Source: Octopus vulgaris
Lineage: Eukaryota
Direction: 5' to 3'
Length of the DNA stretch: 64,000 nt
Assembly (NCBI GenBank): GCA_951406725.2
Contig: OX597823.1
Location: 116,374,001 to 116,438,000, forward strand
The translations under genes and the position numbers were made by a program. The notes under the pieces were generated by a model that made no database searches, was not told the origin of the DNA, and worked only from the letters and a program-made list of their open reading frames with translations. This document shows positions 49,780-63,978 of the stretch, piece after piece. Within the stretch, counting starts at the first letter, position 1. Each line of letters starts with the position of its first letter.

Positions 49780-50250
49780 ACCACTACTACTACTACTACT
49801 ACCACCGCCGCCGCTGCCACCGCTACTACTACTACTACCATCACCATTGCTATGCCACCACTACTACCACCACCACCTCCACTACCACTACTACTACTAC
49901 ATTTACCCCTACAGCTGCTGTCCTCATTACCACTACACTCCACCACCACCACAATTGCCATGACCCCTACAACCATCATTACGACTACCAACACTACCAC
50001 CATCGCCATCACCACAAACACTACACCCCTGCACTGTTACCATCAACAGCAGTGCTAATGACTACTACTACCTCAGCCACCACCACTACAGGCACCAACA
50101 CATCACTTCATACCACCACCGTTACCACTACCACCACACTTCTACACACCATTGTTAGCACTACCACTACCACGACTTTCAACACCACTACTACCACTAC
50201 TACTACTACTACTACTACCAACTACCATCACCACTAACACCACCAATACG
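49780..50250. repeat. (CAC/TAC)n degenerate trinucleotide tract
   Basis: Explains the poly-T/H/Y ORF 49500..50237. Confidence 0.9.
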
Positions 50251-51054
50251 ACCATATTTATTCTGCCATTGTTTTATTATTATTGCAAGAATATTTTAAA
50301 TTCCATAAATAACTCAGCATTAAACTCCTCATTGCTGCCCTCTGGTGTTTATTATTAGAAGTATTTTACTATATTATCATCTCTCATCATCATCATCATC
50401 ATAATCATCATCACCAACGCTCCACCCCCAGCATCATCAGCATCATTTTCATCATCATTGTCGCAACCACCATCCTCATCATTATCAAGTAAAATGAATT
50501 GTTAGATGAAAATGTTTCAGTTTTTATTTTCCTACAGTTAATCAAAACAGGAGACAAAGTACATTGCATTTTACTTGCTGATTGATTCATGAGATAGATG
50601 ACTGGTGAATGATGACTGAGAGGTGAGACTGATTGAATGGTGTGTAATTGGAGAGATGTATTAAATAGCAAGTGATTGGTAAGCTTGATCAAATGGTGAG
50701 TGATGAGTGGAATTGACAAAGAGATGACTAATTGGTAAGGATTATTGAATGGTGACTGATTAATAGATCAGTAAAATTGATTGAATTGCGAGTGATTGGT
50801 GAGTGAACAGGAGATTGACTGAATGATGACTGAAGGATGAGATTAAATTGCTGAGTTTGACAGAATGTTAGATTAAGACTGAGAAAACTTCTTGATGCTG
50901 GAAGGATGAAAAGCAAAGTTGACCTTGGCAGGAATTGAACTCATCATGTAAAATTCTGAACAAATACTTTAAAGCAGTTTTTCTGACACTCTAACAATTT
51001 CACCAGAATGGGAAAAATCACTGATCAAAATGGAAGTGGTTCTACAGTGAAAGA

Positions 51055-51600
51055 AATTGGGATTTTGCTTGTGGCAAAAGGACATGCTCTGAACACTACT
51101 TCACTGAATCAGAGTATTTATTTGACTGCTTCAATAAACAAGTAAGACTTTTGTAATCTGTGAGTGAAAAATAATGAGCAAATTGTAGCAGGTTGCCAAA
51201 TGATGGCTGAGAAAGAATACGAGTGATGCCTTGATAAGATTTGTATTAATTAACACTGGTCAATTTGTAAAAATATGGATTCAACTCTTCAGACAAGTGG
51301 TATAATCATGTACTTGGAAAGGGTCTCAATGGGATCGCAAAATACATTGGCTTAAAAGTATAGATATTAGAAAATGTGGGAATGTCCCCACAACAAAAGA
51401 AGAAGTTGTAACGGTAATTATTGGAGCATTAAATTTAATCTCCCAAAAAGCTATCATACTATCTGGGACAGTTGGATGTCAGACAGATGGCAACCAGGCA
51501 AATACTCCCAAAAATCCTCCGTCCTTGGGGCGGCAGCTCATATTAAAAAGCATGTTCTGTCAAAGTCCTTTTGTTAAGGCTTGATTATTATCAAGAAGAA
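51055..51600 (+). pseudogene. R4/Dong-like C-terminal fragment (zinc finger to RLE), heavily decayed
   Basis: EQIVAGCQMMAEKEYE*...DKICIN*HWSICK...DKWYNH...KMWECP...VVTVIIGALNLI...QKSSVLGAAAHIKKHVL. Confidence 0.7.
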
Positions 51601-51668
51601 GAAAAGACAGTAAAAAAAAAAGAAAAAGAAAAGAATGAAACAGTTTTAACAATATTTTCTATCTATAT

Positions 51669-52078
51669 AGGTGCAGGAGTGGCTGTGTGGTAAGTAGCTT
51701 GCTTATCAACCACATGGTTCCGAGTTCATTCCCACTGCGTGGCACCTTGGGCAAGTGTCTGCTACTATAGCCTCGAGCTGACCAAAGCCTTGTGAGCGGA
51801 TTTGGTAGAAGGAAACTGAAAGAAGCCCGTCGTATATATGCATATATATATATGGGTATATATGTTTGCGTGTCTGTGTTTGTCCCACCCCAACACCACT
51901 TGACAACTGCATGGTGGTGTGTTTACGTCCCCATAACTTAGTGGTTCGGCAAAAGAGACCGATAGAATAAGTTCTAGGCTTCCAAAGAGTAAGTTCTGGG
52001 GTCGATTTGCTCAACTAAAGGCGGTGCTCCAGCATGGCCACAGTCAACTGACTGAAACAAGTAAAAGAGTAAAAGAGT
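51669..52078 (+). mobile_element. SINE family B, full length
   Basis: Collinear with 13048-13450. Confidence 0.9.
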
Positions 52079-52502
52079 ATAGTGTGCTATAAGATTCAGC
52101 AGAACTAACTGCAGAAAATGTGTCCAACATTGAAATTCGTCTACCTGTCTTTTGTTGTAAGTGTAGCAGCAATCACTTTCAAACAGTTTCAAAGTTGCCT
52201 TAACATGTAGGGTATTTGATCGCTAATGAAGATTAATAAATTAGAAAGAACGGTGCGCAATCAATTCCTCTTTTATTGTCCATGGTGACAGTATCCACGA
52301 CTGACCTTTACAACTGTTTTCTGCATCCAGCGAATACAATTTAATTAATTTCTGAATGCAGTGATGGCTAAAATCTTTGGGTATACTTCATAGAAATTTT
52401 TTGTTTGCTAAGTAAGCACAGCTGACACCTCAGTAATTTGTGTAATAGAACCAACAGCCTAAAATGTGTTATATTAGTAATAACCATGACAACAGTAGCT
52501 CA

Positions 52503-52963
52503 GCTTCCGTGCCAGTGGCACATAAAAGGCACCATTTGAGTGTGATCGTTACCAGCTTTGCCTTACTGGTACTTGTTCCCCATGCTAGTAGGGTACTAAG
52601 AGCACCATCCGAGCATGATCGTTGCCAGAGCGGCTAACTGGCTTCCATGCCGGTGGCATGTAGGAGGCACCATTCGAGCATGATTGTTACCAGCATCGCC
52701 TTACTGGCACCTGTGCCGTTGGCATGTGTAAAAAAATTGAGCGAGGTCATTGCCAGTACCGCCTGACTGGCCCCCGTGCCGGTGGCACGTAAAAGCACCC
52801 ACTACACTCTCGGAGTGGTTGGCGTTAGGAAGGGCATCCAGCTGTAGAAACTCTTCCAGATCAAGACTGGAGCCTGGTGCAGCCATCTGGTTCGCCAGTC
52901 CTCAGTCAAAATCATCCAACCCATGCTAGCATGGAAAGCGGACGTTAAACGATGATGATGATG
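52503..52963 (+). mobile_element. SINE family C with internal tandem units
   Basis: gtgccagtggcacataaaaggcacc-type units and ggacgttaaacgatgatgat tail. Confidence 0.85.
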
Positions 52964-52987
52964 AAGCAGTAGTTTTAAAGTAATCAA

Positions 52988-53026
52988 TTGCTGATGAAGG
53001 TGAATAAGCTAGAAACAGCATCAGCC
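52988..53026 (+). ncRNA. Degenerate hammerhead-like motif
   Basis: ttg CTGATGA aggt gaata agct a GAAA cagcatc agcc; cores intact, stems eroded. Confidence 0.35.
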
Positions 53027-53748
53027 AGTCATTCCTTCTTTTAGAATCCACACTGTGGTTCTAGGATAAACATGGCAGACTTTTATGACTGTCTTGTCTC
53101 ATGTCTCTAGTAAATTTAATTAATGAATGCAATATCTTTGGATATACCCCTCAGTAATCTTAAGTTTGAAATATTACGTTTCAATTTTTAAATGCAAGAT
53201 TACTAATGCTTTTGGAAAGAAGGATATTAACTTTTATGCTTTGTATGTTCCCAGAGAAAATTGCCATTATCTGAAAGTCTATTTGTGGAAAGATTACAAG
53301 TTCTGTTTCATGAATGTTTTACCATTATGTCTGTTTAACATAATATTATAGTATCTATTCATAGAATTTTACTTTATGCAAAGGACATGTTTGATGGAAT
53401 TGCTTCTAGTATATTCAGAACTCTTATATTAATGATAATGGATAGATGAAAGAACAAGTCAGCTGTGACACTATCCGTTCTAACAATAACACACAAATAC
53501 ATTCTTAATAGTTATTTTATTTATATTTTTTACTTATATATATTATTTTTTCTACTACCACATTTTTATTTTCATAAAAATTTCGTAAGTTTTGGTTTTA
53601 TCTAAGAAATCCAGAACAACTCAACTTTGTATGAAGCTCAAGATTAAGTTGATAGTAATGATAGTATATTACTGATGCTTAGAGTGATACGGTATATACA
53701 ACTGTTGTACTACTGATTATGATTATGTGGTGTGTACATCTTATTGTA

Positions 53749-54314
53749 TTGGGTTGTCTGGAAAGTTTGTGTCGATTTTTAAAGGAAAGAAAAAAGGTCA
53801 ATAAGTATTTGCCATTACATTTTTAATTAACCAAATATAAACCATTTTGTTGCACAATGCATCTCCATCTTTCCTATAATTTGAAAATATCCTCTTCCCA
53901 GAATTGAGATGGTTTCATGGCAAAGAATTCCTCAAAGTATCTTTTTACATCATCCAAGGAATTGAAATTTTTACCATTAAAACTATTCTGCAGAGACCTG
54001 AATAAGTGGAAATTTGAAGGAGTAATATCTGGTTAATATGAAGGGTGGGGTAACACATCCCAGCCGAGCTGTAGTAATTTTTGTCTGGTTCCCAAAGCAT
54101 CAAGTGCCGAAAATGAACTTTCTTATTTTCTATTTTAAAGGGTTTCAGAATTAACACAGGTTATAGGAACATAAACCTTCTTCCACGAAAAGATAGCTTA
54201 AACTGTGCTCTAAATGGAGGTGTAGTCAAATTCTATTTTTTGGACTCAACCATGTTAAAAAATAAGTCGAAAGGTAAGCTACTATGAATTGGCACAAACT
54301 TTCCAGACAGCCTT
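53749..54314 (-). mobile_element. Internally deleted mariner (DD34D-type) element with TIRs
   Basis: TIRs gggttgtctggaaagtttgtgtcgatt / aattggcacaaactttccagacagcc; minus translation LGWDVLPHPSY...PDITPSNFHLFRSLQNSFNGKNFNSLDDVKRYFEEFFAMKPSQFWEEDIFKL*ERWRCIVQQNGLY. Confidence 0.9.
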
Positions 54315-55431
54315 ACAGTATATAACATAACCACTGTATTAGTGATATTTGTGGGGATGTGGTGGGTATATTACACTGGAAAACATTTTCGGAAAAGTTT
54401 TTAGTTGTCTTGTCTTTTACATTTAACTTTCAAAGTAACCAAGAAGTCAACCTTGGCAGAATTTGAACTCAGAACGTAGCGGCAGACGAAATACCACTAA
54501 GCATTTTGTCAAGCATTGCTAACGTTTCTTCCAGCTCACCACCTTTCTGTCCTATAAACGACATTTCTGTCATCTTCACAGCATTTAAAACTTGTTAGCT
54601 TTAAAACAGTGAAAATTTCTCAAGTTTGATGCTTTTTATCTACTGACAATACTTAAATCATGATTGGTTTTCACCTTTGTTTTACCTTAAATGATATTAA
54701 AAAACCCAACATTTTTCAAAGTTATGCCAAGCTCCATACATAGGTTTGCATTTGATGAAGCCAAATCTATTGTTAAAAATGGTTACAATTCTGGAAATAT
54801 TGGAAAATGGATATTTGAGTTAGTGAAAAATCTTGACACGATAGAACAAAATAGATTTCATTTTTGAAAGCAGCACCCCAAAATTACAAGGAAACATCTC
54901 TTCAACACCAGACAGCAAAAGCCAGGTTTTTCAGTGTTATTTGTACATACCATATAACCACTACATTGCTGATGCTTATGGTGATATCATGCATACTTTA
55001 TTTGAGTGAATATCATAAAGTCTGTGTATTATGATGCATAGGATGAAGTAGTGTATATCTTACTAGTGTATTAAATACTTATGTTTATGTTGATGTGGTA
55101 GATTTCTATTTTTTATTTATGCACCCTTTTCAAGCCTAGCCAGGCTCATGGGCCCGATTTCCCGGTTTCTATGGCGTATGTGTTCCCCCCAGCTGGACAG
55201 GACACCAGTCCATCGCAGCGTTACTCAAGAACCAGGAAGAAAGAGTTGGGACGAAGGAGTACAACAGGGGTCACCACCACCCCCTGCCTGAGCCTCATGG
55301 AGCTTTAGGTGTTTTCACTCAATAAACACACACAACGCCCAGTCTGGGAATTGAAACCGCAATCCTCCGACTGCGAGTCTGCTGCCAAACCACTGGGCCA
55401 TTGCGCCTCCATGGTATATATATTGCATATT

Positions 55432-55654
55432 AAGGTGGCGAGCTGGCAGAAACGTTAGCATGCCAGGCGAAATGCCTAGCCGTATTTCGTCTGCCGTTAC
55501 ATTCTGAGTTCAAATTCCGCTGAGGTCAACTTTGCCTTTCATCCTTTCAGGGTCGATTAAATAAGTACCAGTTATGCACTGGGGTTGATATAATTGACTT
55601 AATCCGTTTGTCTGTCCTCTCTGTGTTTGGCCCCTTGTGGGTAGTAAAGAAATA
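55432..55654 (+). mobile_element. SINE family A, full length, ~18 bp TSD
   Basis: Flanked by ggtatatatattgcatat / ggtatatatgttgcatat. Confidence 0.9.
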
Positions 55655-56384
55655 GGTATATATGTTGCATATCTAATATAACCATTGCATTTATGATGTT
55701 GAGGGCGATGTGTATTCTTTGTGTATATAATATGACTACTATTATTGATGTTTATGTTGATGTGGTGTATTTATTATTTGTGTATATAAACACTGTATTA
55801 CTATTGAAAGATGTTTATAATGACAACACAGTTCTGGTGAAAGTTGCTGAGATGCTCTGTGAGTAATGTCTGTGTTGATGGTATTAAGGAGACATAAAGA
55901 TAGATATCTCCAGGGGAATGTATGTTGTTTGAATGGCCTTCGTATCTCCAGAGAAATGTATGTTGTTAGAAGGGACTCCATAATCCATAGGAACCATATG
56001 TTGTAACAAGGGACAAATAGCTTTAAGAATAAAATTGATTTTTATTACTTGGGAGATGAAAGTTAAAGATGATCCAACTGGGATTTGAACAAAGAACAGT
56101 GAGGTTTCTAGTTTGTTATTGTAGCGTTTCCCTGAAACTGTAACAACATCATATAGAATTAAAGATCAGTGGGTGAATATGACTGCTTTGTCTGAACAAA
56201 CAGTTCTAACAGAACGCCCAACAATACAACTTATTTTCCATGTCTTCACCTTTGACCTACCAATTCTTCTGATCTTTATTTTGGTTATATTTCCAGAAAA
56301 CCCAGATCTGAAACTTTGACCAAATAATTATTTCCACCTTGCCAACTACTGATGTTCTCCAATAGAACTTTCCAATTTATATCT

Positions 56385-56762
<378 letters not shown>

Positions 56763-57521
56763 GAAGTAGCATAATTTTTATGAACAATACCATTATCATC
56801 ATCGTCATCATCATCATTGCCAGTAGAAACACTATCACACAAGAACCATGTTTCATGTGAATATGTCTGATGATAATTTGTATTTTATGGTAACCATATG
56901 GCTGGTTATAAAAGAGCCAAGATAACAAAGGTGAGGGATTAAAGGTGAAGCAAATTAAGCAGTTATTAAGTATTTAATGTTTACTGCTGTGTTTTTCTGC
57001 TGTAATATTTTCTATTATGTTGCAGCTAATGTTTTGTTAAAGTTTGTTATATTAGTTGTTAGAAAGCAATTCTCAACTTTCTAACTTGCAATATAATCTA
57101 TCCTTGTGTTGTATATTTTGTTTCATTATTTTATATTATAATTGTTGCCGTCTTTCCCAGGTTATCACACTGGCTACCTTTCTCCCATCACAGTAAATTA
57201 GGTTTATTGCTGTTTTATGGATTTTAATTGTAATGGCTGTTGAGTTGATTTTAGTCAGATATTAAGGATTATAATACCACCAAACTAACTTTGGTGGTTG
57301 AGGAATTTGGTTTCTGCCCCACACAGTACTCACCTCTTCCCTTATTCATTTCAGCATGAACCTCAGATATACTTTGAAAACAGAAAGTATTTCCTTTGTT
57401 GAACCATGAAGTTAAGGGACATAAACAAACCAACACCATTTGTTGAGTGGTGGTGATGGTGGGACAAACACAAATACACATACACATATGTAATGGGCTT
57501 CTTTCAGTTTCTGTCTGACAA

Positions 57522-57752
<231 letters not shown>

Positions 57753-57990
57753 TTCCCATCTCTCTTTCCTTTCACCCTTCTCTCCCTCTCAAATAGTAAG
57801 GGTCGATCCCTAAATACATCAGAACCCTTTTCTTGCCATGCCATTCAAACTTCTGGTGTAGCACAAGTGTGGCTTCCCAACCACATGGTACTGGGTTCAT
57901 ATGGCTCCTTGGCCAAGTGTCTTCTACTATAGCCCCAAGCCAACCAAAGCCTTGCAAGGGGATTTGATAGACAGAAACTGAAAGAAATTA

Positions 57991-58222
57991 AGGTGGTGAG
58001 CTGGTAGAAACGTTAGCACACTGGGTGAAATGCTTTGCAGTATTTCGTCTGCCACTACGTTCTGAGTTCAAATTCCGCCAAGGTCGACTTTGCCTTTCAT
58101 CCTTTTGAAGTTGATAAATTAAGTACCAGTTATGCACTGGGGTCGATGTAATCGACTTAATCCCTTTGTCTGTCCTTTTTTTCCCCATCTATGTTTAGCT
58201 CCTTGTGGGCAATAAAGAAATA
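57991..58222 (+). mobile_element. SINE family A inserted into a SINE B, 18 bp TSD
   Basis: agaaactgaaagaaatta at 57973-57990 and 58223-58240. Confidence 0.9.
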
Positions 58223-58716
58223 AGAAACTGAAAGAAATTAATCATGTATGTGCAAGAAAGCAATCATATATGTATATGTGTTTGTGTTTGTCATCCCATC
58301 ACCACCACCACCACTACCACCACCTCCACTTGACAACTGGTGTTGCTTTGTTTACATTTCTTAACTTAATGGCTCAACTAAAGAAACTGATAGAAAAATT
58401 ACCCGGTTTTAAAATATAAGTACTGGGGTCATTTTGTTGAAGTAAAACCCTGTAAGATTATGTCTCAGTATGGTCATAACTGAAACAAATAAAAAATAAT
58501 TTACTTAGAACTACTAAAAATCTTCCCTTACCACCACACCCTGCTCCCTCATTGCCTCTCCTCCTCCTTCTCCTCCATTCTGGTCTTGACTTATAATGGT
58601 TTAAGAGGAATATTAATGGCATCAATCTCATTGAAATAAGAGAGTCTGTGAAAGATAGGGGCACATCTTTCGTCTTGATCAGAATTTTAAAATAGTGCCT
58701 TTCCTTAACTTGTGGC

Positions 58717-59098
58717 ACAGGCATGGCTGTGTGGTAAGAAGCTTACTTTCCAATCACATGGTCCTGGGTTCAGTTCTGCTGTGAGACACCTTGAGCAAGT
58801 GTCTTCTACTATAGCCTCAGGCCAACCAAAGCCTTGTGAGTGGATTTGGTAGACGGAAACTGAAACAAGCTCATCGTGTGTGTGTGCGTGTGTATTTATG
58901 TGTGTGTGTGTGTGTGTCTGTGTTGGTTCTCCCACCACTGTTTGACAACCGGCACTGGAGAGTTTACATCCCCATAACTTAGCAATTCAGCAAAAGTGAC
59001 TGATAGAATAAGTACGAGGCCCATAAAAAAATAAGCACTTAGGTCGATACATTTCACTACAAATTCATCAAGACGGTGCCCCAGCATGGTGGTAGTCT
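58717..59098 (+). mobile_element. SINE family B copy
   Basis: Collinear with the other B copies. Confidence 0.85.
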
Positions 59099-61432
59099 CA
59101 TAACATATTCCAGTACAGAAAAGGATAATATTTTACTAATTATAATCATTTAAATTCTTGGTTACTTTGAAAGTTAATTCATTCATATATAGACATTCTG
59201 TTTATGTCAAGAATATGACCACGATGATGTTAGAAGATATAGAATTTTTTTGTTGTTGTGTATGTATCTGAAGTAAAGTCAAAATGTTTTAAGGTCATAA
59301 TACAGCAGCTTGGAGTAAAACATACCTTTCTGTTCTAGCTATTACAGCTGAGTAGCTTTACTAATTATTATTCAGTGCAAGCAGATGGAAATACGAAATG
59401 TCTGGTCTCCCACAAAACTCTAAAAGTGAAAACTTGCTGGTAGCTTTTGATTGAAGTCTTTGAGAAGAGACTTTACTCAACTTAACCCAGTCAACCTTGC
59501 TCAAACTAGTGAACCATTCTGAGTTCACAGTTCAGTTGTTCAAGTTTAGCAGAGAACATTCATTCATTCAACTGCACATTCTATATTAAAACATTGTCTT
59601 CATCTAAGCATTTAACTGGCCAATACATTGCTACAGCAATGGACAAATAAATATAGATATACAAATACAAATACATAAACTATACCTCCACTTCCTTCTC
59701 TCCACCTGCAATCAACTGTCAATCATACTTCCATTTAAAGTACGTTGTCTTGTTCATGGTGGAAGTAGTCTAGGGGTGGGAAACCATGTCTGTGTCTCTC
59801 TCTGTGTGGTGGGGAGAGAGAAGTGAGGAATGTATTGTTGGCAGTTCCATAGTCTTTAAGTTAGCCATATTTTCAATGTATTGACAGCAGACATATTCTT
59901 TGATAGGAATAACGAACCACAAGTGGACAGCCACTCATCAACCATTACTAACAATCTCCCATAATCACCAGTGGGGGATTAAAAAAACCCCTCTGAAATG
60001 AAATGTTTAAAAGCCGTAGTTTTATGAGTTGAGCTGTAAACAATGTTTGGGAAGTAGAAATAGAGGTTATCGAAACAAGACTTGCCAAAAGACACCAAAA
60101 AAAAAACCAAAACAAAAACTCAGAAGAATAAGGAAATATTTCAGTTTTTAAAGAGTTGATTTATTCCCGAAATTGTTATAGTTGCAGATTATATTTTAAC
60201 TCTCAGTGGGGAATGGAAAACAATTGAAAATAAAACGGGAAAATATTTATTGAAATATAGATTTCAATAAAGAATCTAAGCTTAGGAAATGACATTTGTA
60301 TGTCTGATATGGTTTGAATTAAAATTTTGGGGAGAATAAAAATAAGAAATATACAAATGATAATTTAAATAATTGATTTTTATGTAAAGAATTAAACATT
60401 ATATTTGGAATTCTTAATAGAATTACAGGATGTCTTTAAAATGTGTTGTCCAATGAAATTTGTAGTATTGTCATAGATGGAGACACCTTCTTTCGACAGA
60501 CAATAAACCCATGTTGGAGCTTTATAGCTCATTTCTAGAAATATTTAAAAATAAAAATAAATAAAGTTAGTTAATAAAATTTCAAAATATGTTAAATGAA
60601 TAAATACAATGAAATATAATTACCGCTGTAAAACATTGTAATTATCCCCTCTATACTACCATCACCATGAACACTGCCACCACCACCACTTATAAGATTC
60701 TCTACGTAGTTTCTCGCTTGGCCTGATAGAATAAGAATTCAAAATTTCCTCTTATCGTAACAATCTACTCTCTTAAAGTCAGGAAAACCACATAGTTGTA
60801 CATTTAGTATGGCTGAATAATAAATATAATGATTATGGCTGGAATGTCACTGACAACAATATCATAATTTCCACCGTTCACCAACATCACAACCATTGCC
60901 ACCAATACCAATACAGGTCATCCAGTGTGCTAGAAATAATAGTCAAGTCTCTTTCTTATCACACTTCTTTGTATTCAGAAGTGAAGGATATAGTATGACT
61001 GAATAATAAATATAATGATTATGGCTGGAATGTCACTGATTATCTCATTGCATAAAGTGTATAAATTGTAGCATGAGTCCATTTCAGACTATACATTCAT
61101 TCACTGCTGTAAATAGCTTCTCAAACATCGGAAACATTAACAGTTCTGGTACAACCCCAACCAGTAGTCCCATCTAATCTGGATGGGAGCAGGAAATTGT
61201 TTATTTGGAAAACCATTCTATTATTCTCCACAAAGTAATGTATCATCTTGGATACTTAGGCACAATGGCTCACTGGTTAGGGTATTTGGCTCACAATCGT
61301 AAGGTCATGAGTTCAATGAATAAATACATGGTGATGTGTTGTGTCCTTGAGCAAGACACTTTTTTTCACTTTGCTTCAGTCCACTCAGCTGGCAAAAATG
61401 AGTTGTACCAGTAATTCAAAAGGGCCAGCCTA

Positions 61433-61664
61433 ATATTTTTATTGCCCACAAGGGGCTATACATAGAGGGGACAAACAAGGACAGACAAAGGGATTAAGTC
61501 AATTACATCGACCCCAGTGCATAACTGGTACTTATTTAATCGACCCCCGAAACGATGAAAGGCTAAGTCGACCTCGGTGGAATTTGAACTCAGAACATAG
61601 CGGCAGACGAAATACCGCTAAGCATTTCGCCCAGCATGCTAACATTTCTGCCAGCTCGTTGCCT
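61433..61664 (-). mobile_element. SINE family A inserted inside a SINE D-related element (61259-61820)
   Basis: aaaagggccagcct is duplicated on both sides. Confidence 0.85.
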
Positions 61665-61931
61665 TGTCCCATTCGAAAAGGGCCAGCCTTGTCCCATTCC
61701 ATATCATGCTGAATCTCCCTGAGAATTATGCTAAGGGTACACATCTCTGTGGAGTGCTCAGCCACTTGCATGTTAATTTCACTAACAGGCTGTTCCATTG
61801 ATCGGATCAACTGGAACCAATGGAGAGCCTGTAGTGATATCTCCACCTCTGTTTCAACAAGAATAATAATATGTATTTCGTTTTTGGATTTGGTTTGTGA
61901 GATTCTTTATATGGGTTCGTGAGTTGAAGCA

Positions 61932-62228
61932 TATTCTGTTGTGTCTAGGGAGAGTCATTTCCTTTTTGTGCCTTATAATGTAATACACTCACCGGTAATA
62001 TTTCCACTTATTTCTTATCTTTATTTTCCTTAAAATTTCGTTGAATCTTGCAACTTTTTTAATAGTCTTGACTCTCAAGACTATTGAGTCGAGACTATTA
62101 AAAAAGTTGCAAGATGCAACGAAAATTTTAGGAAAATAAAAATAAGAAACAAGTGGAAATTTTACTGGTGAGTGTATTACATTATAAGGCACAAAAAGGA
62201 AATGACTCTCCCTAGACACAACAGAATA
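61932..62228. repeat. Long inverted repeat, ~143 bp arms with 11 nt spacer
   Basis: tattctgttgtgtctaggg...aatagtcttgactc [tcaagactatt] gagtcgagactatt...ccctagacacaacagaata; few mismatches. Confidence 0.95.
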
Positions 62229-63208
62229 ATGTGTATATTTCACTGAGAATATCAAGATAAAACCAAAACATACAGCTAGATAGATTGGGTCATTGGTATT
62301 TCATATATGGACACAAAAGAGTAAACTACATTTCATTTAGGTCCCTTCTTACAGCTTGGTTGACTAGTCTGTTACATTTCATGGTTATAGACATGATACA
62401 CCACACTCTGATACTTACAGATATCTGAGTATATTAGACTGTTGGCATTGAAGTATTTTATTCATAGACAAAGTACAGTGAAATATACCACATTGTGGCA
62501 CCTACTTACAGCTAGGTAGATTGGATTGTTACCTTGGATACCACACAATTCTGGTAACTAGACAAAGCCCATTAGTCAATCATCCATATTCTCTTAATCT
62601 AGAAATTGTTTAATGGACATTTCTGATGTTTATCAACTTGTCATGCAATGATTCCAAGAATTGAGAAAATGGTAAATGACTTGGACTTTATTTTATCTAT
62701 GTTCCTCTACATGACGACTAATGCACACATACACATATACACATATGCATAGATACACACACACACACACACACACAACTGTTAAACATTCTAGACAAGT
62801 CATATTATACAGATATACACATTAGTGCATAATATGAACACATACACATACAACCACACAAACACACACATGCAAACACTCCCACACACACATACATGCA
62901 CACACTCATGCACACACACACGCATGCGCACATTCAAATCTATTTAGAAACTGTCACAAAAAATTTAAAACTTGCATGCTGAACTGACACGTTCTCCTGT
63001 GCACATGCAATTTTTTCCCTTCAATTTCTTCTCCATATTTTTATGCACTCCTACACACACTCATGCATGCATACGCATGCACACACACACACACACACAC
63101 CATGCACCATACACACACTCCCCACTCTCAGTCTCTTCTTTTACAGTCACAGAAATATTCACGTAGTCTTCCTTGTTGCCCCCTCTCTCTCTCTGTATAC
63201 ATACAATG

Positions 63209-63239
<31 letters not shown>

Positions 63240-63751
63240 CTATCTCTCTCTGTATATATATGTATATACATATACATACATATATATATGTGTGTGTGTG
63301 TAGTGATAGATACGGCTGCAATATCCGGATAGTTATTATTCAAGCACTTAGTTAAAATCCTTGTTAAAGCCTATCATATCAAGTTGTAATAAGCACTTTG
63401 AATTACTTATTACTTATATTGGATATACATTGGTTATATATGTATAATCTTCCCTCACTGTCTTTATTGGATCATTACACACACACACCATTGTCCAGAA
63501 ATTAGGTAACAAATTATCAGTACTGTTATTCTGATTACTAGATACTCAGAGTTTAATACAAGGCATTAGACTAAGAGTTCTATGTATTTAGTGTATTTGT
63601 TACAAAGTGACAAACTAGAACTAGGAGTACTTTAAAAAATAAAACACGGAGTACTGTATACTCGGAGTATTTGTTACAATGAGACTCTTGCGGAAACTGA
63701 GGCAGTTACATCTTTTGTAAATACCAGTAAAATGGTATGTTACAACATACC

Positions 63752-63978
63752 TATTTCTTTACTACCCACAAGGATAAACAGAAGGGATAAACAAGGACAG
63801 ACAAACTGATTAAGTCGATTATATCGACCCCAGTGTATAACTGGTACTTATTTAATCGACCCCAAAGGGATGAAAGGCAAAGTCGACCTCGGCGGAATTT
63901 GAACTCAGAACATAACGGCAGACAAAATATGGCTAAGCATTTCGCCTGGCGTGCTAACGGTTCTGCCAGCTCGCCGCC
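63752..63978 (-). mobile_element. SINE family A, full length, 15 bp TSD
   Basis: atgttacaacatacc at 63737-63751 and 63979-63993. Confidence 0.92.

Noticed and set aside
49500-50237. 245 aa Thr/His-rich mucin-like ORF
   Set aside because: Degenerate (CAC/TAC)n microsatellite preceded by poly-T; no domain or splice support.
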